From Daphnia carinata (Eukaryota), in contig NC_081332.1 in the NCBI RefSeq assembly GCF_022539665.2, positions 186,001 to 250,000 on the forward strand: DNA of 64,000 bases, written 5' to 3'. Shown here in pieces: positions 63,682-64,000 of the stretch (position 1 is the first letter of the stretch; each line of letters opens with the position of its first letter). The translations under genes were made by a program, and so were the position numbers. The notes beneath the pieces are model-generated. The model was not told where the DNA came from. It saw only the letters and a list, made by a program, of their open reading frames with translations, and did not search any database.

Positions 63682-63754
63682 GCCCGGTTAGCTCAGTCGG
63701 TAGAGCGCGGGACTTTTAATCCTGAGGTCGAGGGTTCAAGTCCCTCATCGGGCG
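63682..63754 (+). tRNA. tRNA-Lys(TTT)
   Basis: Third copy. Confidence 0.93.
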
Positions 63755-63871
63755 ACATGAAATCATATTCTATAATTCAAATATTGTGCATACATGCCCA
63801 ATGCTGGGAATGTTTATTGAAAAAAGGCTTACGGTTCATTGTTACTCGAGTAAAATTGTAATCAGTTTGTG

Positions 63872-63953
63872 GACGAGGTGACCGAGCGGTTAAGGTGATG
63901 GACTGCTAATCCATTGTGCATTGCACGCGTGGGTTCGAATCCCATCTTCGTCG
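63872..63953 (+). tRNA. tRNA-Ser(GCT)
   Basis: Third copy. Confidence 0.93.
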
Positions 63954-64000
63954 TGATCATTTAATCCTCCAATTGATACCGAAATTTATCGAATACTTAC

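Larger units (their letters stand above)
61233..64000. repeat. Tandem array of a 1134-1135 bp four-tRNA unit (~2.4 units visible, runs off the window)
   Basis: Near-identical units; the tRNA-Met copies start at 61241, 62375 and 63510. Confidence 0.97.

Overview
AT-rich eukaryotic DNA with short (~60-70 bp) introns. It looks arthropod, possibly a cladoceran such as Daphnia, but that is inference only. 1-18 kb: a segmental duplication (~1-4244 vs ~13000-17808) carrying head-to-head SURF6 and Akt/PKB pseudogenes, an inverted Akt PH-domain fragment fused to SURF6 sequence, an apparently intact neprilysin-like (M13) gene, and small hAT-like MITEs with 8-bp TSDs. 18.4-60.8 kb: a tandem array of a 685-bp unit carrying one tRNA-Arg(ACG). 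Its degenerate left edge is interrupted by three LTR retrotransposons: an internally deleted BEL/Pao (+), a BEL/Pao (-) with an extra 3' ORF carrying Gag-like zinc knuckles, and a 13.4-kb Gypsy element (-). The Gypsy element is organised like a complex endogenous retrovirus: long gag, -1 frameshift signal, pol, two paralogous accessory ORFs sharing a TPR-like/CxxC module, and a class III (rhabdo/chuvirus-like) envelope gene behind a splice acceptor. A (CAAAA)n microsatellite joins this array to a second ~1135-bp tandem array carrying tRNA-Met, -Lys, -Ser and -Gln. The Gypsy accessory-gene plus env cassette is the best candidate for an undescribed system. All family calls come from motif recognition by eye; no database searches were run.
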